The translations under genes and the position numbers were made by a program. From a virus, in the IMG/VR virus record IMGVR_UViG_3300047510_002627, positions 56,752 through 120,751 of that record: 64,000 nucleotides of DNA; one strand, 5' to 3'. Position 1 is the first letter of the stretch. Every line of letters starts with the position of its first letter. Shown in pieces: positions 35,647 through 42,090 of this stretch. Under the pieces are notes generated by a model. It saw nothing but the letters and a program-made list of their open reading frames with translations, made no database searches and was not told the origin of the DNA.

Positions 35647-37062
35647 ATGAATCCATTATCTTTATATGAATCTTACGCAGCAGTATATAACGAAGAATTG
35701 CTGTATGTCTCCGAAGACTACTCTTCTATCGATGAATTTTCTGATGAAGAACTCATTGCAATTGTAGAAGAGGTTATTTCTGAAGAAGGATTTGATATTG
35801 ATGAATCACTTGAGTTTCTTGATGAAGCAAAAGTTACTTATGGACATGATACTGAAGATCCAGATGCACAGAAAAAGGCAGAAAGAGTAGATAGAATTAA
35901 ATCTGCTGCATCTAAAGCTGGATCGATGGCTAAAGATGTTGCAAAAAAAGTATATAAAACTGCAAAAGAAAAGGGTCCTGGACTCCTTGATCGTGCCAAA
36001 AAGGCAGTAAAGGGTGCTCTAAAAACTGGAAGATCTCTTCTTGCAAAGGGACTTCGCAAGGGAGCAGAACTTGCAGGTAAGGCGGCTTCCAAGGTCGAAC
36101 CGAAGGAAACGCCAAAAGCAGAACCCAAAGCAGAACCCAAAGCAGAACCAAAGGCATCAGCACCTGAGAGCAAAGGACCTAAGTATAGAAATGTTGGCGT
36201 AGGTAGAAAGGAAAGAGTTGGTGGTAAGGTTGAATCAGAACCTAAATCTGTTTCAGAACCAAATAAGGAAAGAATTGAAAGGGCAAGAGAAAAATTAAGA
36301 AAAGCAGCTAAAGGATCTCCTTCAAGGGGAGTTAGATTTGCTACTCCTGGGGGAAAAGTAGCACCTACAGTAATGCGTAGCGGTAAAGATTCTCCATCTG
36401 AAAGAACTAAAGCAGCATCAAGATTTGCTAAAAAGGCAGGAATTAGTGATAGTTTTGAGTATCTCTTAGGTGTAATTTTTGATGATATGATTAGTGAGGG
36501 ATATGTTAGTGATTATGAAACTGCTTCTTATGTCCTTGAATCACTTACAGAAGATGATTTTGACTATGTATTTGAAACATACTCTGTGTTATTGAATGAA
36601 GCAACTGCAATGGCAAAGCGTGGACTTGATGAACCTGCCATCCGTCAACAGATTGCTAAGAGCACTGGTGGTGGGCAGGCAGCAGATCGTGCAACTGCTC
36701 TGGCAGACAAGCAGACCTATGGACAGAGTGGTGTGGATCCTAAGGCAAGACAGCAACTTGCTGCCAAGCAGAGAGGTGACTTCCGCAACACCACATCCTC
36801 CAATCCAGGATTGCATGGTTACGCAAATAAGGTAACAACCGCTGCAGATAAAGCAAAACAAGCAGCAAGAGGGTTACAGAGGGGAGTTCTTACTCCTGCA
36901 GAGAGACAAAGACTTAACATGGGCGATGAGTCCTTTGATACTTATGATTTGGTTCTTGAATTCCTTTACGTTGAAGGATATGTAGAAACAATTGAAGAGG
37001 CAGAACAAATGATGGTCAATCTGACACAAGAGCAGATTGATGAAATTATTGCGAATAACTGA
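35647..37062 (+). CDS. Low-complexity late protein with acidic repeat modules and Lys/Ala-rich linkers
   Basis: 471 aa; three acidic 'EG[YF]' modules; PKAE repeats. Confidence 0.7.
   Translation: MNPLSLYESYAAVYNEELLYVSEDYSSIDEFSDEELIAIVEEVISEEGFDIDESLEFLDEAKVTYGHDTEDPDAQKKAERVDRIKSAASKAGSMAKDVAKKVYKTAKEKGPGLLDRAKKAVKGALKTGRSLLAKGLRKGAELAGKAASKVEPKETPKAEPKAEPKAEPKASAPESKGPKYRNVGVGRKERVGGKVESEPKSVSEPNKERIERAREKLRKAAKGSPSRGVRFATPGGKVAPTVMRSGKDSPSERTKAASRFAKKAGISDSFEYLLGVIFDDMISEGYVSDYETASYVLESLTEDDFDYVFETYSVLLNEATAMAKRGLDEPAIRQQIAKSTGGGQAADRATALADKQTYGQSGVDPKARQQLAAKQRGDFRNTTSSNPGLHGYANKVTTAADKAKQAARGLQRGVLTPAERQRLNMGDESFDTYDLVLEFLYVEGYVETIEEAEQMMVNLTQEQIDEIIANN
36112..36156 (+). repeat. 12-bp tandem repeat encoding (PKAE)3-PKA
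   Basis: CCMAAAGCAGAA x3 plus a partial copy. Confidence 0.85.
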
Positions 37063-37111
37063 TTTTAAATCATGATCAATAAATAGGGGAGAGATTATCT
37101 CCCCTATTTTT

Positions 37112-37267
37112 ATGCCTAAAAATCAACTTACTAAAGATGAATTAAAAGTTCGTATTTTGAAATTAAAAGAAAGATTATATAGAGATCAACCTGGTTGGGA
37201 TTCTAAAGGACTTGCTCATAAATATCTAGACGAAGTTCTTGATATAATTGATGAATACAGATATTGA
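37112..37267 (+). CDS. Small hypothetical protein (51 aa)
   Basis: MPKNQLTKDELKVRILKLK...KGLAHKYLDEVLDII; late promoter upstream. Confidence 0.6.
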   Translation: MPKNQLTKDELKVRILKLKERLYRDQPGWDSKGLAHKYLDEVLDIIDEYRY

Positions 37268-37697
37268 ATATGAAAATCCATGGATCTATGAAAACAGGTG
37301 TTTTACTAGCGATGACATTGGGGATTATTTTGGGTTTGTTTACCTCATCATCAACACTAAAACCAGTAAAAAATATATAGGAAGAAAATATTTTTGGTCA
37401 TTTAGAAAACCTAAAGGGAAAAGTAGAAAAGTAAAACTAGAATCCGACTGGAAAAAGTATTATGGATCTTGCCCAGAACTTAAAGAAGATATTAAAAATT
37501 ACGGTAAGGGGGATTTTAAAAGAACTATTCTCTCTTTACATAGAACTAAAGGAAGAGTTAACTTTGAGGAAACCAGACAACTCTTCCTCAACGGAGTCCT
37601 TACAGAATCTCTTGACAATGGAGAACCTGCCTACTACAATAGTAACATCCTCAGCAGGTATTTCAGAAAAGACTACTATGGAAAAAATTGTGATTGA
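37248..37697 (+). CDS. GIY-YIG family endonuclease
   Basis: GFVYLI.N....KKYIGRK; ESDWKKYYGS; YYN.NI. Confidence 0.85.
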   Translation: MMNTDIEYENPWIYENRCFTSDDIGDYFGFVYLIINTKTSKKYIGRKYFWSFRKPKGKSRKVKLESDWKKYYGSCPELKEDIKNYGKGDFKRTILSLHRTKGRVNFEETRQLFLNGVLTESLDNGEPAYYNSNILSRYFRKDYYGKNCD

Positions 37698-37923
37698 CTC
37701 TACGGAAGAAGTAGTTATTTGGGTAGTCGATAAAATTAATCAATTAATTGATGAAGATACAGAAGAATCTAGGAAAAATGCAATTTCTTTGATTGAAGAA
37801 TATCAAGAATGGATTAATGCACTTCAAGATAATGAAGAAATTAATTACACTGCCATGAAAAGCGAAGAAAATGAAGGATGGACTGAAGAACAGGAAATTG
37901 ACATACAAGATCCTTGGGCTTGA
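37678..37923 (+). CDS. Acidic hypothetical protein
   Basis: Likely start ATG 37678 within the longer ORF call 37462..37923. Confidence 0.55.
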   Translation: MEKIVIDSTEEVVIWVVDKINQLIDEDTEESRKNAISLIEEYQEWINALQDNEEINYTAMKSEENEGWTEEQEIDIQDPWA

Positions 37924-37980
37924 CAAATCCTAAATAATAACTTATTATGTGTAGACCTGTCGAAAGGCAGGTTTTTTATT
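37920..37980 (+). promoter_or_regulatory. sigma70 promoter (CTAAATA in its spacer) followed by a terminator-like hairpin
   Basis: TTGACA-17-TATTAT; ACCTGTC-GAAA-GGCAGGT+T-run. Confidence 0.65.
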
Positions 37981-38000
37981 ATGAGATTTTGATTTGATTT

Positions 38001-38064
38001 AGAGCCGTGGAAGGTGCCCTTTGAGAAAGGGGTGTACCCCCCTTCTATACGGATGTAGAGTTCT
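38001..38064 (+). ncRNA. GC-rich structured 5' leader of the lysozyme gene (candidate cis-regulatory RNA)
   Basis: CCGU/ACGG and GGAAGG/CCUUCU stems enclose competing CCCUUU-GAGA and GGGG-UGUA-CCCC hairpins. Confidence 0.5.
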
Positions 38065-38074
38065 ATTAAACTAA

Positions 38075-38710
38075 ATGCTTAAAAACCTTACAAGTTTGAC
38101 CGTATCTCTTTTTGGTGCGGTTGTAACATCAGCGGCAACACTGCCAACACCGGGATTTGCTACTTCAAGTAATAACCCATCAAAAATTGAAGAAATTAAA
38201 TCTCAGGAGACAGCGACCAAAGAGGTTGCTCCCGAAACATCCAAAGTGAAACGGTTTATTTGTAACGGATGTAATACTAATGAATTGACAACATTAGATT
38301 TCCTACAAGATCGTGGAATCACTGACAAAAACGCTCTAGCTACCATTATGGGCAATATTCGACAGGAATCTACCTTCGTTCCAAACATTTGCGAAGGTGG
38401 TGCCCGAACTTCCTATCCTAACTGTGGTGGGGGGTATGGTCTTATCCAATGGACTAATGCTCCTCGTTTTTATGGATTAGGAAAACATGCTGCTAGTATT
38501 GGTGGAAATCCTTCTTCACTTGATACTCAATTGAAGTTCATGTTGCATGAAGGTGACTGGAAAATGATCGAACCTTATATGAAAACACCTGGCAAAACAA
38601 TCAATCAATATATGAGACTTGCTAGTAGGTGGATTCGTTGGGGACATCATGGATCTAGAACTAGTTATGCTCATGATTATGCTAATCGATTTGTCTTAGT
38701 GCAAAACTGA
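38075..38710 (+). CDS. Phage tail-type lysozyme (Phage_lysozyme2-like) with an N-terminal signal peptide
   Basis: ALATIMGNIRQES (catalytic Glu), GGYGLIQWT, LDTQL motifs; hydrophobic N-terminus. Confidence 0.8.
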   Translation: MLKNLTSLTVSLFGAVVTSAATLPTPGFATSSNNPSKIEEIKSQETATKEVAPETSKVKRFICNGCNTNELTTLDFLQDRGITDKNALATIMGNIRQESTFVPNICEGGARTSYPNCGGGYGLIQWTNAPRFYGLGKHAASIGGNPSSLDTQLKFMLHEGDWKMIEPYMKTPGKTINQYMRLASRWIRWGHHGSRTSYAHDYANRFVLVQN

Positions 38711-38742
38711 ATAAATAGGGGGAGAGCAATCTCCCTTTTTTT

Positions 38743-39213
38743 ATGTCTAAATTATTAATTGATTTCAAAGAAAAACTTATAGGTCTTTATCACAATCGAA
38801 ATCAAGCATATAGTCATCCACAACAATGGGCACATATATACATTGAATTTAAAGAGTATGAAGATGGGAGTATCAATTCAAAAAGTTGGTATGCTGTAGA
38901 GAATCCAAATAAACCATACAGGGATACTTTGTTGAAATTGAAAGAAAATGGAAAAACTATAATTGCTACTCCCATAAACAAAGTTACAAATACGAAATCT
39001 TGTGATATTATTTTTGAAAAATATGGTGAGTATTGGATAGGTGAAAATGAGAAATGCGTTATTCCAGATAAAGATACTTACATATCAACATCTATTAAAT
39101 TTGATGGAAAGAATTACTTTTCAAGAGATGCTGGATATGATTTAAAAACTGATAGATTTCTTTGGGGAAAAAATAAACATGATGGTCATTTTCATTTTAT
39201 AAAAACAACTTAA
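38743..39213 (+). CDS. cpeT: CpeT/CpcT-like phycobiliprotein lyase
   Basis: G.Y.NRNQAYSHP..WAHI, PYR, SCDI.F, SRD.GYD....F.WG. Confidence 0.8.
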   Translation: MSKLLIDFKEKLIGLYHNRNQAYSHPQQWAHIYIEFKEYEDGSINSKSWYAVENPNKPYRDTLLKLKENGKTIIATPINKVTNTKSCDIIFEKYGEYWIGENEKCVIPDKDTYISTSIKFDGKNYFSRDAGYDLKTDRFLWGKNKHDGHFHFIKTT

Positions 39214-39504
39214 ATGGAAAATCTGCCAGAAAATCCGGAAGAAGTCATAGACATACTTGCTAAAACTAAAATATTAAAAATTGAAGATGAAACTGGATCT
39301 ATAACTTTAGAAGCACACAATCAAGTAAATGTTCAACCAAGTGGAACTCCATTTGGAGCAAAGTTGAAGTTGGAAACAAATGGTTCTATAACACCAACTC
39401 TAACATTTGATACTAAGAAAATGAGAGAGAAAATTAAAAAAAAAGAACCATCCCAATCTATAGACAATGCCCTAGAGGAGTATTTAAAAAATGAAAATAA
39501 TTGA
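39214..39504 (+). CDS. Hypothetical protein
   Basis: ORF tightly packed in the operon. Confidence 0.6.
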   Translation: MENLPENPEEVIDILAKTKILKIEDETGSITLEAHNQVNVQPSGTPFGAKLKLETNGSITPTLTFDTKKMREKIKKKEPSQSIDNALEEYLKNENN

Positions 39505-39820
39505 ATATCTAAAACAAATTCATTGGTTTGATCAAGAAAATAAATTCAATATACTTCATTTTAAATTTGGAAAAGAAAGAAAACCAATAACTCACTATAT
39601 GAAAGTTGGAGCGGTTTTTAGATTGACTCTTGATTTAATTTTATTTTTTCCAGGTGCCGATAAAGAAAAAATTTTTAATCTAATTGATGAAGCGCAATTA
39701 CATTTGGGAATTGATTTATTGAATGATTATATTATTCAAGATAAAGAATTGCTTACTTATAGAATTAGGAGAAAAATTCAAAAATCTATAGAAGACTACA
39801 AAATTAAAAATGAGAATTAA
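39491..39820 (+). CDS. Hypothetical protein
   Basis: Shares an ELL.Y...R.....I.DY motif with the next ORF. Confidence 0.6.
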   Translation: MKIIEYLKQIHWFDQENKFNILHFKFGKERKPITHYMKVGAVFRLTLDLILFFPGADKEKIFNLIDEAQLHLGIDLLNDYIIQDKELLTYRIRRKIQKSIEDYKIKNEN

Positions 39821-40403
39821 CATTCTTGGAAAGCAATCTCTTGCTTCTGCTATTATTGTTGCTGGTGTAAATTGGATTCAATTCTGGTTAAAGAGTAAAA
39901 CCGGAATCCAGTTGGAGGAAAATATTATCTGGAAAATATATTATGAACTTGATAGATTTTCTGAGAGATTAAAACTTCAAAAAATGATAGAAAGCATTAA
40001 TGAAGAAGAATTTTTTGAATTTCTTGATGAATTTATTGAAGTCGTGGATGAGGAGACAGTAAAAAATCCAAAAATACTTGAGAACAGGCAACTTCTTTGG
40101 GAAATGTTTAAAGTTTTAAAGGAGTTTTCTAAAAAGGGTTGGGTGAAAGATAATCCTGTCACGAATGAAGTTAAATATCAAATAAATAAAAAAATAAATG
40201 AAACACCGGAGTTACTTGATTATAAAGTAAAACGGGATGTTGATAGAGCAATATCCGACTATAATAAAGAATCGGAAAAAATTCATAAACCAGAACCAGA
40301 AATAAAACCAATATTTACAGAAACTCTTGAAGGTGAAACACTTTTAGGTGGTGAAATGAGATTAAGAGCACCTTGGATTAACGAAGATGGATCAACAAGA
40401 TAA
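39810..40403 (+). CDS. Hypothetical protein with an N-terminal hydrophobic segment
   Basis: ORF track; shares a motif with the previous ORF. Confidence 0.6.
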   Translation: MRINILGKQSLASAIIVAGVNWIQFWLKSKTGIQLEENIIWKIYYELDRFSERLKLQKMIESINEEEFFEFLDEFIEVVDEETVKNPKILENRQLLWEMFKVLKEFSKKGWVKDNPVTNEVKYQINKKINETPELLDYKVKRDVDRAISDYNKESEKIHKPEPEIKPIFTETLEGETLLGGEMRLRAPWINEDGSTR

Positions 40404-40551
40404 AGAAGCACTTGACAAAGCGTATTCAGATATGATAAAAAGTTTATTTCAAAATTATGTTTTGGATCAAGATTTCAATAAGTTAAAGAGAGGTTTGACA
40501 CACCTTAAAAAATCAAGAGATACCGTCTCAGATCTCCTTCAGGGGGGTTGA
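40387..40551 (+). CDS. Small hypothetical protein (54 aa)
   Basis: MDQQDKEALDKAYSDMIKSLF...; overlaps the previous stop codon. Confidence 0.5.
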   Translation: MDQQDKEALDKAYSDMIKSLFQNYVLDQDFNKLKRGLTHLKKSRDTVSDLLQGG

Positions 40552-40576
40552 CAAAGAGAAAGTTCAGTGGTATTCT
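40548..40576 (+). promoter_or_regulatory. sigma70 promoter at the start of the tRNA cluster
   Basis: TTGACA-17-TATTCT. Confidence 0.65.
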
Positions 40577-40614
40577 TAAGAAGTGGTCAGGGCAGTCCTA
40601 AGGACACTCTCCAC

Positions 40615-40647
40615 TTGACAATCAAATTCTGATATGATATGATTGTC
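40615..40647 (+). promoter_or_regulatory. Palindromic sigma70 promoter, copy 1
   Basis: TTGACA-17-TATGAT; GACAATCA..TGATTGTC inverted repeat. Confidence 0.75.
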
Positions 40648-40651
40648 CCAT

Positions 40652-40728
40652 GTCTCGGTAGCTCAGTTGGATAGAGCATCTGCCTTCTAAGCAGTTGGTC
40701 ACAGGTTCAAGTCCTGTCCGAGACGCCA
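40652..40728 (+). tRNA. trnR: tRNA-Arg(UCU), CCA encoded
   Basis: Cloverleaf; anticodon loop CT-TCT-AA; GGTTCAAGTCC T-arm. Confidence 0.93.
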
Positions 40729-40801
40729 GGGGAATTAGCTCAGTTGGTAGAGCATCGCCTTTGCAAGGCGGGTGTCAGGAGTTCAAGTCTCCTATTCTCC
40801 A
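40729..40801 (+). tRNA. trnA: tRNA-Ala(UGC)
   Basis: GGGGAAT/ATTCTCC acceptor with G3-U70; TT-TGC-AA loop; directly abuts tRNA-Arg. Confidence 0.93.
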
Positions 40802-40802
40802 C

Positions 40803-40835
40803 TTGACAATTTGAGGTTTATACCTTATAATTGTC
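40803..40835 (+). promoter_or_regulatory. Palindromic sigma70 promoter, copy 2
   Basis: TTGACA-17-TATAAT; GACAATT..AATTGTC inverted repeat. Confidence 0.8.
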
Positions 40836-40845
40836 TCAACCCAAT

Positions 40846-40917
40846 GGGACTGTCGCCTATGGGTTAAGGCCCACTGCTTATAACGGTGTGAACTGAGTTC
40901 AAGTCTCAGCAGTCCTA
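40846..40917 (+). tRNA. trnI: tRNA-Ile(UAU)
   Basis: GGGACTG/CAGTCCT acceptor; CACTG-CT-TAT-AA-CGGTG; CTGAG-TTCAAGT-CTCAG. Confidence 0.88.
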
Positions 40918-40918
40918 C

Positions 40919-40951
40919 TTGACAATCATATTAAAATATGATATGATTGTC
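40919..40951 (+). promoter_or_regulatory. Palindromic sigma70 promoter, copy 3
   Basis: TTGACA-17-TATGAT; 11-bp inverted repeat GACAATCATAT..ATATGATTGTC. Confidence 0.78.
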
Positions 40952-40954
40952 TTC

Positions 40955-41065
40955 TGCTTATCTATTTTATAGTAGGTTTAAAGGATAAGCAACAGTAAAC
41001 CTACTTGAAAAAAGGAAAAGTATGAAGCCCGTGAATTTTAAATTCACAATTTGCATCTGCTTTTC
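40955..41065 (+). ncRNA. Candidate small RNA: H-type pseudoknot followed by a long hairpin
   Basis: TGCTTATC/GATAAGCA and AGTAGGTTTA/TAAACCTACT stems are interleaved; GAAAAGTA/TGCTTTTC encloses GTGAATT/AATTCAC. Confidence 0.55.
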
Positions 41066-41071
41066 TTAATT

Positions 41072-41142
41072 GCGGGCATGGTGTAGCGGTAACATCTGAG
41101 CCTTCCAAGCTCCAGTCACCGGTTCGATCCCGGTTGCCCGCT
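41072..41142 (+). tRNA. trnG: tRNA-Gly(UCC)
   Basis: GCGGGCA/TGCCCGC acceptor; CT-TCC-AA loop; GGTTCGATCCC. Confidence 0.93.
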
Positions 41143-41166
41143 CTTGGAGATCGACGGATTTCCAAA

Positions 41167-41354
41167 GGGTGTGACAGAAAAATCTATGTGGTCAAGCACT
41201 GGATATTGTATAGTAAGGTAGGGGTGGTGCCCGCTGTAAAACTGGGAGACCAGAGTTACAGAATCCAATGCCAAGGAACCTAAAAGTGCTGGAATAATTA
41301 CGTTGTCAGTGAGACCTTCCAGTTGTGAGTATGACAGAATCTCACCACCCACCA
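41167..41354 (+). ncRNA. Highly structured ~188-nt RNA with tRNA-like ends (GGGTG...CACCC-ACCA)
   Basis: Terminal stem + ACCA; T-arm-like GTGAG/CTCAC; GAGA-tetraloop arm; potential loop-loop pairings. Confidence 0.65.
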
Positions 41355-41358
41355 AAAT

Positions 41359-41430
41359 TCCTCTGTAGCTCAGCGGTAGAGCGAGCGGCTGTTAACCGCT
41401 TGGTCGCAAGTTCGATCCTTGCCGGGGGAG
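41359..41430 (+). tRNA. trnN: tRNA-Asn(GUU)
   Basis: TCCTCTG/CGGGGGA acceptor; AGCGG-CT-GTT-AA-CCGCT. Confidence 0.93.
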
Positions 41431-41469
41431 TTGAAAGGATTGGAAATGTCCGATTCTTTCAAATTGAAA

Positions 41470-41626
41470 ATGCTGGACAAACTTTGGAGGTAACTCCCAC
41501 CCCATTTGGGTGCCTTCCTGAGAACAGGGAAAATAAGGTTTGGTGTTTTCTCTTATCATTGCCCTCTAATGCAGTGAAAGTTGGAGAAGTGATCCTGCGG
41601 ATTCGTCCAAGAGCTCTCCTTCTCCT
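41470..41626 (+). ncRNA. Multi-stem structured RNA, possibly the manA RNA motif
   Basis: ACTTT/AAAGT closes a junction of several hairpins; TGGAC/GTCCA pseudoknot; GGAGAAG/CTTCTCC; manA RNAs are described in cyanophages near tRNAs, but the family is not verified here. Confidence 0.6.
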
Positions 41627-41629
41627 AAA

Positions 41630-41701
41630 GGGCGATTAACTCAGCGGTAGAGTGCCTCCTTTACACGGAGATGGTCACTGGTTCAAATCCAGTATCGCCC
41701 A
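41630..41701 (+). tRNA. trnV: tRNA-Val(UAC)
   Basis: GGGCGAT/ATCGCCC acceptor; TT-TAC-AC loop; GGTTCAAATCC. Confidence 0.93.
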
Positions 41702-41727
41702 TTTTTTCCAAATTTTACTTATATATA

Positions 41728-41928
41728 ATGAAAGGAAAAACAATTAAAAAATGGGTCCAGAAACCGCTTAGGTTTCATCATCAGGATATTCATGAAGAAT
41801 TAGAAGAAATTAAGGGGTTGATAGGATATGTTAGTGGTCAGATGCAAGAGTTGCGGGATAGAGTTGACAGGATCAACGAAAACACAAGTTTGTGGTTGTC
41901 CAAACAAAATGGAACTGAAGGAGAATAA
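41728..41928 (+). CDS. Hypothetical protein overlapping the next ORF
   Basis: MKGKTIKKW..RFHHQDIHEEL; ~100-nt overlap in another frame. Confidence 0.4.
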   Translation: MKGKTIKKWVQKPLRFHHQDIHEELEEIKGLIGYVSGQMQELRDRVDRINENTSLWLSKQNGTEGE

Positions 41929-42085
41929 AGTCTCCGCAGTCGATTTGACTCAGGTTGTTGTGACTAATTCCGAGTTGTCTAAAAAGTCTAAAAAGCAACA
42001 AAAATTTCTTTCAGATCAAGATCTTGCTTTTCAAGAAGCAAGAAAAGCACGAAAAGTGAGAAAATTGGATTTTGAAATCCGATAA
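41828..42085 (+). CDS. Small Zn-ribbon-like conserved cyanophage protein
   Basis: CKSC..CGCPN; RKVRKLDFEIR. Confidence 0.7.
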   Translation: MLVVRCKSCGIELTGSTKTQVCGCPNKMELKENKVSAVDLTQVVVTNSELSKKSKKQQKFLSDQDLAFQEARKARKVRKLDFEIR

Positions 42086-42090
42086 TATTT

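Noticed and set aside
37248-37697. Mobile homing endonuclease
   Set aside because: It is a short GIY-YIG protein with no evident C-terminal DNA-binding domains and looks like the conserved stand-alone T4-like nuclease, so it is not called a mobile element.
40615-40951. Mini-CRISPR interpretation of the three palindromic repeats
   Set aside because: The repeats are divergent and irregularly spaced, and the 'spacers' are tRNAs. They fit sigma70 promoters better.
41167-41354. tmRNA or RNase P assignment for the tRNA-like RNA
   Set aside because: There is no G3-U70, no TTC loop, no convincing tag ORF and no GAGGAAAGUCC P4 motif, and it is too short.
41116-41639. ORFs 41116..41355(-) and 41325..41639(+)
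   Set aside because: They overlap tRNAs and structured RNAs and give implausible protein sequences.
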